From NCBI GenBank assembly GCA_964016885.1, contig OZ024741.1, forward strand, positions 155,372,001-155,436,000: 64,000 nucleotides of DNA, read 5' to 3'. Of this stretch, positions 1-13,745 are shown in pieces (within the stretch, counting starts at the first letter, position 1; every line of letters starts with the position of its first letter). Below the pieces are notes generated by a model, which was not told the DNA's origin, made no database searches, and saw only the letters and a program-made list of their open reading frames with translations. Position numbers and translations under genes: made by a program. This stretch comes from Eledone cirrhosa. Its lineage: Eukaryota.

Positions 1-770
1 TGAGCCTCTGGTCGTTAATCATTTCGAAATCAGAGTGGGGAGGCGATTGATGAATCCTTAAATCGCTGATCTGGCTTGACTGCTTCAAGGTTGATTGCAC
101 TATACTATAGTGACTATAGGCTCCTAAGAGTCAGTCTGTGGTCTGAATACTTTCAATAATGATTAAAAACACTTTGACAATAGTTACTTTCGGTCAAACT
201 AAACTACTAATACGTATTTTTGTGTGGATTAAGAAATATATATATGGGACACCTTTGTCTCAACAGTATTATAAATTGGGAGAACTATATCCTAGTAGTA
301 TCCTCATTATGATTGGCAATAGAAGTAAAATAGATACGTCGATAGATAGACAGATATATACATATAGATAGATAGAGAGTATTATAAATTGATGCAACTA
401 TATCATAGTAGTTTTCCTATCGCTCATTATGATTAGCAATAAAAATAAGAAAAGTAACTACTTATTACGCACTAAATTAGGATAAATATTGGAAAGAGAA
501 TATGTAAAGGTTAAGCCAGGCAACGTATTAAGTCTACCGCAACGCCAGAAGACCGCAGCGGGATTTGACCTCTGAGCGTAAATAACCAAAAGAAATACCT
601 AAGATGAAAGCATCACGTCGGATGTGCTACCGACTGAAACTAATAAAAGAATGAAAGCATGAAAGAATGAAAGAATATACGTATATGTAGGTAACTGTTT
701 ATGTGCATATTTGTGCGTCTATGTGCAAGTGTTTGCGTTTGTGTATGCTCATGTGTACCTTTGTAAGTGA

Positions 771-843
<73 letters not shown>

Positions 844-853
844 AGAATGTTTG

Positions 854-949
854 ACCCTGACGGCAGAGATCAAGCCGTTTCGACGGCTATTTCTGGACTA
901 AATTAGAATATTTAGCGTGGTAGATAAATAGCCGAACTTTTCAAGGGGT
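854..949 (-). ncRNA. Type I hammerhead ribozyme, U3-A8 core variant (copy 1; one stem I mismatch)
   Basis: Reverse complement reads acccc TTGAAAA g ttcggctattt...aaatagccgtc GAAA cggc..gccg TC agggt. Confidence 0.7.
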
Positions 950-1599
950 AATTCCTTATATGGGAAGATTGTAGTTGTCAAGAGGATTGGTCAAAATTTC
1001 TTGTACACACAATTCAGTCTTTCATGGCAATGGGCGGGTGGTGGGGATGGCTGAACTTGCCTGTAGAACAATGAGTGAGTGGAGCACGTCAAGCGTTGAA
1101 AGTGAATTCTATACAGCAAATTCTAAGGATTGTGTATGAAAATAGGCTAGATAGGAATCATGCGAGAAAGGATTCTAGAGAAAATAGAGAGGGGACGTTA
1201 TAGAATAGGTTAATAAATTGAGATTAGAAGATAATAAATAAATAAAAAAATATATAAAAATATAAAATTGGATAGTAAAAAGTAATAAAAAATCTCTAGG
1301 TCTAAAATAGCTGCTATAATTAGTTGGTATTGCGCTTTCGGCCAATGCTATATATAATTTACTGGGATGAGGGTACTGAGGATACAAAAGCCCGATGGGC
1401 TGCCTCGGGGTAGGCGAAAGGGGAAAAAGGAAACGGAAGAGGATAGGGAGTGGAAGGAAGTGATAGGAAGAGATAAAGGGAAGAAGAAAATAAAAAGGAA
1501 AAGACCTATGTTAGTTGGGGTTTCCCCTATCTTATTCGGCAAGTGGGGAAAAGGAGGATGTTGCAGCTATTGTCTACCCACTCGGGTCATGAGGGGGTT

Positions 1600-3722
1600 T
1601 GAGGGCGAGGTAAGTCCTACGCAATCGGTGTTTGCATGCAGTTACAAGTTCATCTTTTTTGTTTAGGAGTTGGTCCTTCGTAAACAGCATTTGTAATGTT
1701 TCCTCCGAGCATAAGTTACACGGACGGCGTCCTCCCGTGTAGGAGTTATCCCTGGACAGTAAGCTCCAAGTAAGATTGTATGTTATGTTATTATCTTGGA
1801 TGTCCGAGATGTGGCTCTAAAGTGTAGTGGCATGTCACTGGGCCGGGTTTCGGAACGTATGTCGGTGTTGGTAGAGCCGGGTCTTAAAGTCACAAGCGGT
1901 TAATCCTATATAGGCTTTGTTGGAGGTTTCCGTCTTCACGTTGCATTGTAGATCACGTTACATTCTCGGCATCTGTTGTTGAGGGGGAACGTAGATCTAT
2001 CAGGGCAGTTACACCTCCTGGTTGGTTCTCCACTAATGTCTTGGTTGTTTCTTCCATAGGGGTTGAGTTTCTTGTTGCTTGAGGAGGCGATGTTTTGTGC
2101 GAAGTTGGGTGTGGTGCTGTAGGAGAGTTTGATAGTGTTTTTGTTGATTATGTTGTGGTAGCGGTATTGTGGTTGCAAGTGTTTTTCGAGGAGCCTAAAG
2201 AAGATTTTCCCGATAGGTGTTGACACCTCGGCATTGTTTGGACGATTGAACCACGTTACGTGGCGTGAGCGGCGACGTCGCCTGCTGGTTCCATTAAGGG
2301 AAGCTAGATAAAAGGAGATTTCCTCCCGGAAGTCGCTTCGCTGGACGGCCTGGTTGTAATGAGGCGCATGTTCATCGAATATCTGCTATTTAGCGGACAA
2401 ACGAGATATGCGGAGGGCGATGTTTTTAACCAGGTTATTGGTGATGTTTCTAGGATGGTTAGAGCGGCGGTGGATGTAGTGCAGGTTGTCGTTTTGTTTC
2501 CTGTATGGGTAGTACAGATTATTTCCCAGGTTGAGGGTAACATTCAGGAAATTGACTCGGGTTAGGGACGTTGTAGGGTGATTTTAAATCCCCAGTGCCG
2601 GAAGAAGTTGATTAGTTGTTTACGGATACGGTCTGTACTACTAGGGTTGTACCTTTTGAGGGTAAGGAGCCCATCGTCTCGGTACAATCCACCGCCAAAT
2701 GCAGGAAACATTTCGGTGAGTTTATATAGTAGGAATATATCCTATAAGATCCGTCACCTCGGCCGAGTCGGTCGCGCCCATACTGACCTCGAAGGAGGAA
2801 TTGCGAGCTCTCTTTATCCACTTAGAGTTGTCGAAAAGGAGGACTGTCTTCCTGGCGTGGAGAATGATGTTTCTTTCCTGATCGGTGATGGGTGTGAGTG
2901 TTTTGGCAAAGTCCAAAGCGGCCGTAAGGAGCGGTAAGGTAATAGAGGCGTATTAACTCTCTATGTCGACCTGGATGAATTTGGTGTCCTGTTTGTCCTC
3001 AATATTCCTGAACCATGAGATTACTTCCTGGGTGCTGACTCAAAGGCTAAGTCTCGCGTTTTGCTTAACTTTTGGTATAACGTGGTCTAGGATCTTTTTA
3101 CTGATTCTCCCTATATCCGACTTCGTCGGGTTTACAAGCCTGATGGATGGTTTGCGGTCGAAGTCGGATTTGTGGCCCTTCAGGGTGAATTAGGGAGTCT
3201 GTGGGTCGAGGGGTTCAGTGCGGTCGGCGACCACGAGGCTGGAGGTAATTTGTTGTGCATCTAGATTTATGTCCTCGATTATTGAAGGGTTAGCCTTTTT
3301 GTAGGCAGAGTTCAGGCTGCTCCTGATCAGTGTGTGGTATCTGTCAGGGTTGACGAAGTAGAGGTTTTCAGTTTTGTCTGAATCCACAGGATGTCGTTGG
3401 TGCTTTCATACTCCGTTATTTTGCTACGGAGTTGTTGTAGGAATCGGCTGTGTCTGGGTTTGAATTTTATACCCTTGATCAGGTGGAAGAGGTCGTTCTC
3501 GAAGGGTGAGAGCATAGGGTTTGGTGGGGAGATTTGTAGGTATTGAATCCGAATCTCTCCTTGGTGTCGAAGTCCTGGTTGTCGCGGTATCTATCGTAGA
3601 AAAATGTTCTCCATCTCAGTCTTTTCGCAACAGGTCGATTTTTTGCGTGAGCATCCGAAGGTAAAGTTTTCTCGGTAGAACTGGGATGTTCTTGGTGGAG
3701 AAGTCGATATTGTATTTCGCAT
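1600..3722 (-). pseudogene. PLE reverse transcriptase + GIY-YIG endonuclease, frameshifted
   Basis: Fragments FSTKNIP, PFENDLFHLIK, DKTENLY, FEVSMGATDSAEVTDLIG, GGLYRDDGL, TIKLSYSTTPN, CNC...C, YIG and CNLC. Confidence 0.9.
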
Positions 3723-3911
3723 GGTGCGTGTAATAAAACTTGAGCTGGGTGAAAAAGTCAGGATATGGCGTGGTAGGGTTGGAAAGTGCTCTACTATGGA
3801 GCTAGATAGGAGCTAGATAACGAAGGAAGTGTGGTAAGGAACCAGATGGACCACAACGCACCAGAGTACTCAATACTTAGGATAGTAGAGTGGGTAATAG
3901 GAAAATGTTTG

Positions 3912-4007
3912 ACCCCGACGGCAGAGCTCAAGCCGTTTCGACGGCTATTTCTGGACTAAATTAGAATTTTTAGCGTGGTAGATAAATAGCCGAACTTTTC
4001 AAGGGGT
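3912..4007 (-). ncRNA. Type I hammerhead ribozyme, U3-A8 core variant (copy 2)
   Basis: Stem I acccc/ggggt, core TTGAAAA, stem II cggctattt/aaatagccg, GAAA, stem III Acggc/gccgT, GUC cleavage triplet. Confidence 0.8.
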
Positions 4008-4310
4008 AATTCCTTATATGGGAAGATTGTAGTTGTCAAGAGGATTGGTCAAAATTTCTTGTAAACAAAATTAAGTCTTTCATGGCAATGGGTGGGAGGT
4101 GGGGTGGCTGAACTTGCCTGTAGAACAATGAAGGAGTGGGTGAAGTCGGTCAAGCGTTGAAAGTGAATTCTGTACAGCAAATTATAAATTGTTCTACAGG
4201 CAAGTTCAGCCATCCCCACCACCCGCCCATTGCCATGAAAGACTTAATTGTGTTTACAAGAAATTTTGATCAATCCTCTTGACAACTACAATCTTCCCAT
4301 ATAAGGAATT

Positions 4311-4406
4311 ACCTCTTGAAAAGTTCGGCTATTTATCTACCACGCTAGAAATTCTAATTTAGTCCAGAAATAGCCGTCGAAACGGCTTGAGCTCTGCCGT
4401 CGGGGT
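4311..4406 (+). ncRNA. Type I hammerhead ribozyme, U3-A8 core variant (copy 3, in the inverted pLTR)
   Basis: acctc TTGAAAA gttcggctattt...gaaatagccgtc GAAA cggcttgagctctgccg TC ggggt. Predicted cut after 4401. Confidence 0.8.
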
Positions 4407-4497
4407 CAAACATTTTCCTATTACCCACTCTACTACTCTAATTATTGGGTATTCTGATGCGTTATGGTCCATCTGGTTCATTACCACACCACCTTCG

Positions 4498-4573
<76 letters not shown>

Positions 4574-4609
4574 ATGAAAAAGGGTGAGCTGTGATGTTGC
4601 AAATATGAT

Positions 4610-5365
4610 ATATATAATAAAATGAAGAAGTAGATATAGAAGTCAGGACTATCCATCATCAGTGGTCTACTAGCCAGGTATTTCTACGCATTACAGACCG
4701 TATAGGACTATCCATCATCAGTGGTCTACTAGCTAGGTATTTCTTCGCATTACAGACCGTATACCTCCGGCTAGGGCAATGCATTAACTAAATTAAGTTA
4801 TTGGGATAAAAAGAATTGGATGGAGGAAGAGAGACAGATAAACAAACACGAATGGTGAGGCAACGTAAAGAGAGGAACTGTCTTTTTCTCTTCCCTTACT
4901 GCTATCCTCTTTCTCCCCCCCCTTCTCTCTTCTTCTCTATCTTACATTCACTCACCCCCTCTGCTAGTCACCCTCTCTCGGCTAGCCTCTTCATCACACT
5001 TTCACTCTCTGCTACTCACCCTCTCTCTCTCTTCCGCCATCGTCCCACACCGTACGAAATTCTTACCTCGCTCGCATTCACACGGCCAAGATGTGTCTTT
5101 GCCTTCTCGTCAATATTGGCAAGTTCTTATGTTCAACTTGATTTTCTCATTTTTTCCTCTCTTTACGTTGCCTCACCATTCATGTCTATTTACCTGTCTC
5201 TCTTTCTCCACCCAATTCTTTTTATCCCAATAACTTAATTTAGTTATTGTATTGCCCTAGCCGGAGGCATATGGTCTGTAATGCAAAGAAATACCTATGA
5301 CGGCTAGTAGACCACTGATGATGGATAGTCCTGGCTTCTATTTCTAATTCTTTATTTTATTATAT
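4610..5365. mobile_element. Inverted-repeat PLE pLTR remnant with a truncated hammerhead 5' half and a 57-bp tandem duplication
   Basis: ~4610-4820 is the inverted complement of ~5209-5365. It contains agacca-CTGATGA-tggatagtcc with no following GAAA. The duplicated unit spans 4645-4762. Confidence 0.55.
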
Positions 5366-5520
5366 ATATATATATATTTAAGAGTTAAACAAGATTCAAT
5401 GAATACATCAAAGAATGAGTTTTACAATAGATTGGAAGCACTCTACAAAAAAATATTTTCCAGAGTTATTAATATTAATTCCAAATATTAACAAAATAGA
5501 TATTCTTGTGATCAATTATA

Positions 5521-5583
5521 TTTTATTATACATATTTCAGAGGTACTGAATTAAGTTCAACAGTACGTCCTCATCAGATAAAA
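5521..5583 (-). ncRNA. Minimal type I hammerhead ribozyme in a PLE pLTR
   Basis: Reverse complement reads ttttat CTGATGA ggac gtactg..cagtac ctct GAAA tatgta TA ataaaa. Confidence 0.85.
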
Positions 5584-5921
5584 TAAAATGATACATGACA
5601 TACCCTGACATGGTAGATGGTTAAGATTTAATCAAGGTAGTGATTAACTTATGAGAGAAATCAATATTTATACCCTAATATTGAGAACATGAGAAAACGT
5701 AATACAATCAATAGAGAGAGTGTGAGTAAAATATTTAAAGAAATACATGGCATCAATATAACAGTTATAGAATTTTTAATATTTAAAAAACTACTAGAGA
5801 AATAAGAGGGAGAGAAAAGCACAGAGGAAGAAGTAGCTGATGTTATAACTTATTTAGTATTTAGCTTGAGAAGACAGATGAAAGATGAATAAAGAGAGAG
5901 AGAGACAAAGGGGAGTAATTT

Positions 5922-6019
5922 ATGCTCAAGTTTCTACATAACAACACATACAACTACATAGCAGCAACTTCTTCAACATTTAAAGCAAGATTTGTGAATC
6001 ACAAATGCTCATTCTCGAA

Positions 6020-6022
<3 letters not shown>
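5922..6022 (+). pseudogene. Short PLE GIY-YIG fragment
   Basis: YNYIAATSSTFKARFVNHKCSF. Confidence 0.6.
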
Positions 6023-6090
<68 letters not shown>

Positions 6091-6321
6091 TTAGGTTGAA
6101 CGCCTAACTTAGCATACCACATAGCTAGCAGCAATAATAGTAAAATTAGTTCTTACTTCCAACAAACAAAATCACAACGGGATGCAAACCCTCTAAATAC
6201 CACTGTAGCAAGCAACAATAGCAACGGCAGTAACAATAGAAATAACACTAGTATAAGTAATAACACCAGGGTTGTCAACCCGAACACCCAAAATCCTATA
6301 TCCACCACACAGACTTCCGCA

Positions 6322-6786
6322 TTGCATTATAACCAGCGGACTAACGCACAGAATAATTGTAACTGTAGAGCTAATAGAACCTGCCCTTTAGATAAAAAAT
6401 GCCTAACCAAGGATGTCATATACTCATGCACAGTCACGACTAATAACTCTTCAGAAACCTATGTAGGCTCCACTTCTAACTGCTTCAAAATCAGATATAA
6501 CTCGCACATCCACTCGTTCAAAAAGCACAGCCTAGCCAACTCCACCTCACTTTCTAGCTACATACACTATCTAAAATCTAAAAATAAACCATACACACTC
6601 AAATGGGAAGTGATAGGCAGCGCGACCTCGTACAAACCACCTAATAAATTCTGTAACCTCTGTATACTAGAGACACACAATATTATCTTCTCCAACCGTA
6701 ACCTACTTAACAAAAAATCTGAGGTGTTTGCAACTTGCCAGCACCGCCTCAGACATTCCTTCCAAAACTTTAAGCCCTATATATAG
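6322..6786 (+). pseudogene. PLE GIY-YIG endonuclease domain (open frame, RT lost)
   Basis: CNCRANRTCPLDKKC, VIY..YVG..FKIRYNSH, CNLC, LLNKKSE..C.HR. Confidence 0.88.
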
Positions 6787-8227
6787 CAATGTCGGACTGG
6801 AACCTAACACCACATCTAGCATCAAACACCAGAGACACACCCTATACTACATACCCAACACTAGCTGATCCATTATAACACAAACAACGACATCCCTCTG
6901 GAACCCTTCGCAGGGAAAATACCCATTTATACCTCTACGGCAGGTGTGACAACATCCACCCACTTGGACGGCACTACACCGCTCTAAGGGTAATTTGAGC
7001 ATGAATTGATCGGTTGGATGGTGTTGGGCAGAGGAAACACCTTCCTTAGACAGATGTAAAATGATTTAATCGAGTAGCGCTGTTGACCAGTAGGACCGGG
7101 CTGCTGAGCGCAGTGAGTGAATGCAATGCAACTGCCGTGCGGGTTGTACGTATATGGATGATCTGACGGTCAGAGAGGGGTCGCGAGGACTGCGGATTGA
7201 CCTTTGGCCTGCCTGGGGACAATTATCTTTCGACATCCAATGTAGCAAGCGATGACCCAGATCTTACTAGAGATCATTGGGTCCTGAAGCAATCCTGCAA
7301 TCACCGCGCCTGGTCATATGAGCAGACTACAACCACAGAGATCATTAATTTAGAATCCTCGCTCATCATCTATAATTTCCATTTGTAGCACCTTAAGATG
7401 GGTTAATCCACCTTAATAATAATATGATCACCTTCAGCATAATTTAGTTAAACTACTCTATAGTTAGTACACTTTATGCTTTAAAAGTCTCTCTTGGAAG
7501 GTGCACCTCACCATAGAATTTAGGGTCTATATTGGGACACATTTTAATGGCTAGATATAGAAACCCCAGAGTTACCTCCCCGCATGCATTAACTCCCCTT
7601 AGCCACACACACACTTCCGGTATTCAATGGCGTTTCTCGAAACGTAACAACCTCCTGTATCGAACTAAAGAACACCAGACTACGATCTCTAACTGGATTG
7701 TCGTGGATTATGTGAAAGGCATATAATCGAAATATACACTCCCTTGACCATGAAAATGCCGAAGTACATGAATTACTTGACATCCCTGCGCTGTGCATCT
7801 CCAATACTTATAACACTTTTAATGCTTGCACTATCTTTAATGCTTATAATATTTCTCCACACACAGACTATATCAATCATATAAAGACTTTGCCACCAGA
7901 TCTACCAACCTAACACTCTTATTTACCTACCTAAGTGCCTCTACCACACATATCTCTCTGCCACACTATATAAACAAGACGCACATGCGTGCCACACATA
8001 ACATTTGCACTATATAACCACTTATCTTCATGTTGTACTTTAACCTATATCTTTGATTTTTGATTGTACCTATTAATATAAATGTAATCTCGAAGTGTGT
8101 ACTGCCACTCTAAATTCTGTAATGAATGTTGATCCACAATGTTTGAATATGTATCAATGTTTGAATATGTATTGGTATGTCTCTCGGCTGAAAAGGAGGT
8201 CATATAACTGTCCATGCATTAATAAAT

Positions 8228-8274
8228 TGCTCCGAAGAATCCAAACCTCGGTTTGGAGGAAACAGCTGTAAGCA
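8228..8274 (+). ncRNA. Minimal type I hammerhead with CCGAAGA (U4C) core
   Basis: tgct CCGAAGA a tccaaacc tc ggtttgga g GAAA cagctg TA agca. Confidence 0.75.
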
Positions 8275-8305
8275 CAATAATGTTTTGAACAGTTCTTTGA
8301 TTCTT

Positions 8306-8763
<458 letters not shown>

Positions 8764-9149
8764 AGTGTTTGGTTTTCCCTGGAAGGTCGAACTTATATAA
8801 TCATTTATTTAATACAATATATGAACAAATAATAAACTATAATCTTGATATTATGATCAATATATATATATATATAGCTGAAAATTCTGACTTCTTTAAG
8901 TTTAATTATAAGACCTGTTGATACTTTAGACACTCGAACTATTTAACAATAAATTCTTTAATAGTTATAACCCATAAATATCTCATAAATTATATTATAG
9001 AAACTGTTGTCAATATTATAAGTAATTTTGGTAAAGTTTACCTTCGTGGGGATATCGAACATCATATGTATATTTTCTTTCTTTCGCGGGTTTCGTAAAT
9101 CCTTTAAATTTGTCTTCATAAAATTTGAATTTTAGAAATTTAACATAAT

Positions 9150-12100
9150 TAAAATACCTACAACAAAACGAAAGCACACACAAGAACTACAGACAAAAAC
9201 AAACACAACACAAGAAAATTACACTTACACTTACATAAACACTGAAAACAAAACACTAATGGAGACCATCACGAACGACCCTTCGGTTTTCACCGAAGGG
9301 AAAACTTTCGCCCACTCTATAAAAAATAGCAAAAAACTGAACCTAAAACTGATTAGGGTCCCTATACAAACTTATAGGTCCCTAAAAGAAACATTTGAGA
9401 AGGATGTGGGGAATTCCTGCGTGAAACCACTCAACCGCGTCCTTCTCAAATGCCTCCCCACCCCAGACACCCCCATCCCACCAGACCCCACCCCACCAAA
9501 CATCTGCGTCCCCACCCCGCCGGAAACCACCACCCATCCAGACAACCCCTCCAACACCCCCATGGAAATCGTGCGGCCTGGTCCCCAGGAGGCGAAGGGT
9601 GAGTGATCTCTTTTCCTCTTTTAACTTTTCAGCACCAACATGGCCAATATAAGAGTTGGATGTGTGAACGTACGCGGCCTGGGGATGCCCTGGAAACAGG
9701 GCAAACTCTTAAACGACCTCAGGTCGCACAGTTTGGATGTGGTAGCCATTTGCGAGTCCAGGATCCACGGCGAGCGACAGCTGGCCCCCATCTTCGATGA
9801 CTTTGAGATCTACGCATCTCTCTGTCAACCGGGGGGTGGGGGCGGAGTTGCCGTTTTGCTGCGGAAACACCTGGGCCTCGTAACACAGACGGTACATCTG
9901 GACCCGGAGGGTCGACTGGTGGTCCTAGACGTTGACGGTAGTGAAGGTGGAGCGTTCAGGCTGGTGGCCGCATATGCCCCATCCGGGACACCGTGGCCAG
10001 ACTTCTTCAAACGTCTAGAGACTTTTCTGGGAACGTCCCGCTCCTTGCTTTTAGTGGGGGACTGGAATGGAATCCTAGATGCACGTTGGGACTATGTGGG
10101 AGCATGTCCCGATAAAGGGGGGTGTAACAGCCTTAAACAGTTAATCGACCGATTTGACCTGGCCGATAGATATCGACTAGATTTTCCGACTGCGCCACTG
10201 TGGACGTGGAGTAATCGTAGCGGAACATCTAGATCGTATCTAGATAGGGTTCTAGTTAGAAATAAGGATAGGGACATGTTAAGCTGTCCACAAATGTTCA
10301 TGGTTGCCTATTCAGATCACAAACTAGTGACCTGCATGGCCAACCTTGATAGAACCCATAGACAAGGACCCGGCTACTGGAAGCTGAACTTATCGTTACC
10401 GACAAGCAAAGCCTACAGTAGACGGATTAGCACTTTAGTTAAACAGCACTTGACAGGGGCCATTGTCAACAACAGATGGTGGTACTCTCTCAAGAGGGCA
10501 GTTAGATTAGACTCGATAGTTTTTAGTAAAGAATTAGCGTTAGATAGAAATAGAACCGAGAAGGAACTGGTAGATAAAGTAGAAGAGGCAATTAGAAGTG
10601 GCAACGTAGCCAGCGTGCTAGCAACGAGAACGGCCTTGGACCAGTTCTTCGACGCAAAGCACGAGGGCTGCGTTGTCAGAAGCAAAATACGTGCTCTGGG
10701 AAACGAGGGAGCCAAAGCTGTTAGCTGGGCCTGAGTGACGGAGGCAAAAAGTGGCAACAAGTCCACGATTCGGTCTTTGAAGGACCAAAACGGACGCGTG
10801 ATACGTGAGCCGAAGCAGATGTGTGCGGCTTTTCAGCGGCACTTTGCTCGGCTGTTCGGGGGGGGGGGGGAGCGGCACGCCGGGAGAGGCTATGGATTTC
10901 GGTCCATACCTCGACGGCCTACCGCGACTCTCGGACAGCGAGGCGAAGTTCTGCGAAAAGCCGATTTCAGCCACTGGGATAGGGGACGCGCTGAGCCAAT
11001 GCGGCAAACGCAAATCTCCAGGTCTCGATGGTCTACCCTACGAATTTTACGTAGCAATGCCGGACTTATTCTCCGGTCTCCTGGAAGTGGTCTACTGCAA
11101 CTGGCAACAGAACGGGAGAATTCCCAGTTCTGTAACCGGGGGCGTGGTCACACTAATCAGGAAGGACGAGAATAAGGGGGATGACATAGGCAACTTCCGG
11201 CCCATAACTCTGCTAAACACAGAGTTACAGATTTTGGCCAAGGTGTTGGCAAAGAGGCTGGCGCTTGTCGTCGAGAACCTGGTGGGAGAAGCGCAGACAT
11301 GCGCATCCGACCAGGTCCATACACGACAACCTCCACCTCATGCGATACATCATAGAGAGGGTAGGGTGTAAACCCGGCTTCGGTGGGGCCCTGATCAACT
11401 TGGATCAGTCTAAGGCTTTCGATAGGGTTGACCATCGTTACCTGGATGCGGTGCTCGAGGCGGCAGGCTTCGGACCCGTGTTCAGGGGCTGGATTGCTGC
11501 AATGCACAACAGCAACATCTGCTCAAGGGTCAAGGTGAACGGTTACCTCTCGGAGCCGTTCCATATTACGCGATCCATTCGACAGGGATGCCCTCTCTCC
11601 TCTCTTCTGTACGTACTGACTCTCGAGCCACTACTGCGGAAGCTGGAGCTATTGCAGGGCAATCCTCTGGAACCGGGACTGCGGAAAGCGGCGTCGGCCT
11701 ACGCCGACGACGTGACAGTAATGGTGTCGAGCGCCTCGCAAATCGAGGAAGTCGGCACCTTACTAAAGGAATACGAAAGTCTCACAGGAGCGAAGCTGAA
11801 CCGGGACAAGTCCATCGGTTTGCAACTCGGATCGTGGAGAGGCAGACCGATGCCTTCCGATGGCGTCGTCGGACGCTGGACGGAAGGACCGGTAAAGCTG
11901 CTCGGGGTCTGGTTTGGTCCGGACCTCCAGGTGGAGAAGAACTGGAACGAAGTGACGGCCAAGGTGTTTGCACTCACCCAGAAGTGGGTCGAGTGCAAAC
12001 TATCCTTGAAAGGTCGAGCGGAGGTGGCGAACACTTTTATAGCGTCCGCCATCTACTACCGCTTGACCGTCGTGCCTTGTCCAGCCAAAACGCTCGCCAA

Positions 12101-13320
12101 AATGGAGCGCGCGCTCTTCCGATTTCTTTGGAAGAGGCGGGCTCCTTTGGTGAGAAGATCCATCTTCTGCCAACACCCTTCTAACGGAGGGCTGGGGATG
12201 CCGTGGTTGACGATGCGCAAACACGCACTCAGGCTGCGGCATCTCTACGTATTCCTCACCGGACAACCGGTGTGGGCCCCGTTCGTGAGGCGAGCCTTCT
12301 CACGACTCGTCTCGCTGACCGAGCTGCAGTCCTGGGTCAAGCAGAGACCGAGGAAAATGGGCGACTGGCACATCGAATGTGCTCAGGCGCTCACAGCCCT
12401 CTGGCAGGCGGACCCGGCGATCAGTGGAGACTCCACTTCTTCATTCTATAGAGGGTTGGTCCGCAGCAAGTGCGACGACGCGCTCGGTGAAACTCTAGGC
12501 GTAGAGGAAGATGAACTGGCCAGTCTGTTGGGTAGGACCTTCCGCCCGGGACCGATGGACAACTTCCAAAAGTCCCTGGCCTGGCAGTGCTACCGAGGAG
12601 CTCTACCAGTTCGGGACAAGCTCTACAGACATGGGCGCCCGGGCAGGGACCCTGCAAAAAAGATCTGTCCGAGGTGCGTGCGAGACGAAGAAACCGTCGC
12701 GCACGCATTCATACACTGCCCGGGCGTCACTGACCTGTGGGGCTATGTAGAACGACTATTGTCGCGGGTGGGACCAATCCAGTTGACCACCGAGTCCATT
12801 GTCATGATCAAACCGCCACCCTCCTTCAAAAACGAAGGAGAGGCGGTTTTCCTTTGTGTGATAGCTATGGCGAAAGAGGTTGTATGGTGGACAAGGTTGA
12901 AAGGGCTGAGGTCAGACACCTTTCTCTCCGGCCAACAACTGATTCTATTTTTCAAATACCACTTTGGAAGAAGAATCAGGATGGAGAGAGAGGTGCTGTA
13001 CCCCAGCAAGTTTTATGAAAGGTGGGTGAAAGTGGCGAGAATGGCCCGAGTGAATGGGCCTTCTCTCTATATCAGCCTGTAGGTTGAGGAAAAGGAGGAG
13101 GAGAGGAAAGGAGTACAAGCTCTTCGTACTCCTGGAGATGAGGGTTGCACATTTTTTTCGGGGGTATGTGTTACCCATATAAACTGTCTCCCTCTATTGG
13201 GGAAAATCGACTAACTTTTAAATTCCATCTGTGATAACATTTTACACGTTTTTATTGTATGTAAACTTCCCCCTTTGTATTTGTCCCCTTCTTTTGTGCC
13301 CCTGTGGCTAATAAAGAAAT
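9150..13320 (+). mobile_element. Tx1/L1-clade LINE copy 1 (ORF1 remnant plus disrupted ORF2)
   Basis: ORF2 carries APE, RT and zinc-finger motifs. The 3' end cccctgtggctaataaagaaat matches the other Tx1 copies. The 5' boundary is uncertain. Confidence 0.92.
9640..13082 (+). pseudogene. Tx1-like ORF2 (APE endonuclease, RT, C-terminal zinc finger); stop at 10732, frameshifts near 10860 and 11308
   Basis: NVRGL, VGDWN, SYLDR, YSDH, GPGYWKLN, KSPGLDGLP, FRPITLLN, LDQSKAFDRVDH, IRQGCPLS, YADD, CPRC..HAFIHC. Confidence 0.95.
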
Positions 13321-13745
13321 ATATATTATATTATAATATTAATACAAATACCCATTAACTTTTAAAACCTAAAATTTGATTCTTTACTCTGAAATAACAT
13401 AAATTAAATATTTTGAAAATTAACCGCCAACTTTATATGAACATGTGTATGTAGAAACTTGAGCATATATATATATATAAACGGAAAAAATGAAGCGAAA
13501 TTTCATTTCTCACTCTTAGTACGGCTGTTACTTAAATATAAGTATGTATACGTACATACATATATGTATACATACGTACAGTAGTATGTATATATATATA
13601 CATATATGCACACATATATATATGCACGTATGGATTCACGGAACATTTATTATAATGCTCGGTGTGTTTGTAAACAAACATCCCGAATTAAGCCGTACAG
13701 TGTCTAGCAACCATCGTTGCTCATTTGTTCAACACTGACAAAGGA

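Larger units (their letters stand above)
841..4497 (-). mobile_element. Penelope-like element, near full length: 3' pLTR (841-1130), degenerate RT + GIY-YIG body, 5' pLTR (~3820-4185) and inverted pLTR copy (~4187-4497)
   Basis: 841-1130 is a direct repeat of ~3899-4185, and 4187-4497 is the reverse complement of ~3818-4128. The body encodes PLE motifs. Confidence 0.9.
6090..8290 (+). mobile_element. 5'-truncated Penelope-like element with a long 3' region ending in a hammerhead
   Basis: GIY-YIG ORF at 6322-6786 and hammerhead motif at 8228-8274. Confidence 0.75.

Noticed and set aside
4645-4762. 57-bp tandem repeat as a CRISPR array or a complete hammerhead
   Set aside because: There are only two units and no spacers, and CTGATGA is not followed by a properly placed GAAA and stem III.
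9599-9632. GT...AG mini-intron fusing ORF1 to ORF2
   Set aside because: It is only 34 nt, would be out of frame with the ORF2 ATG, and the other three copies lack an acceptor AG at the end of the spacer.
10732-10734. In-frame TGA as programmed readthrough or selenocysteine
   Set aside because: The paralogue at 54005 has CGA (Arg), so this is simple CpG decay.
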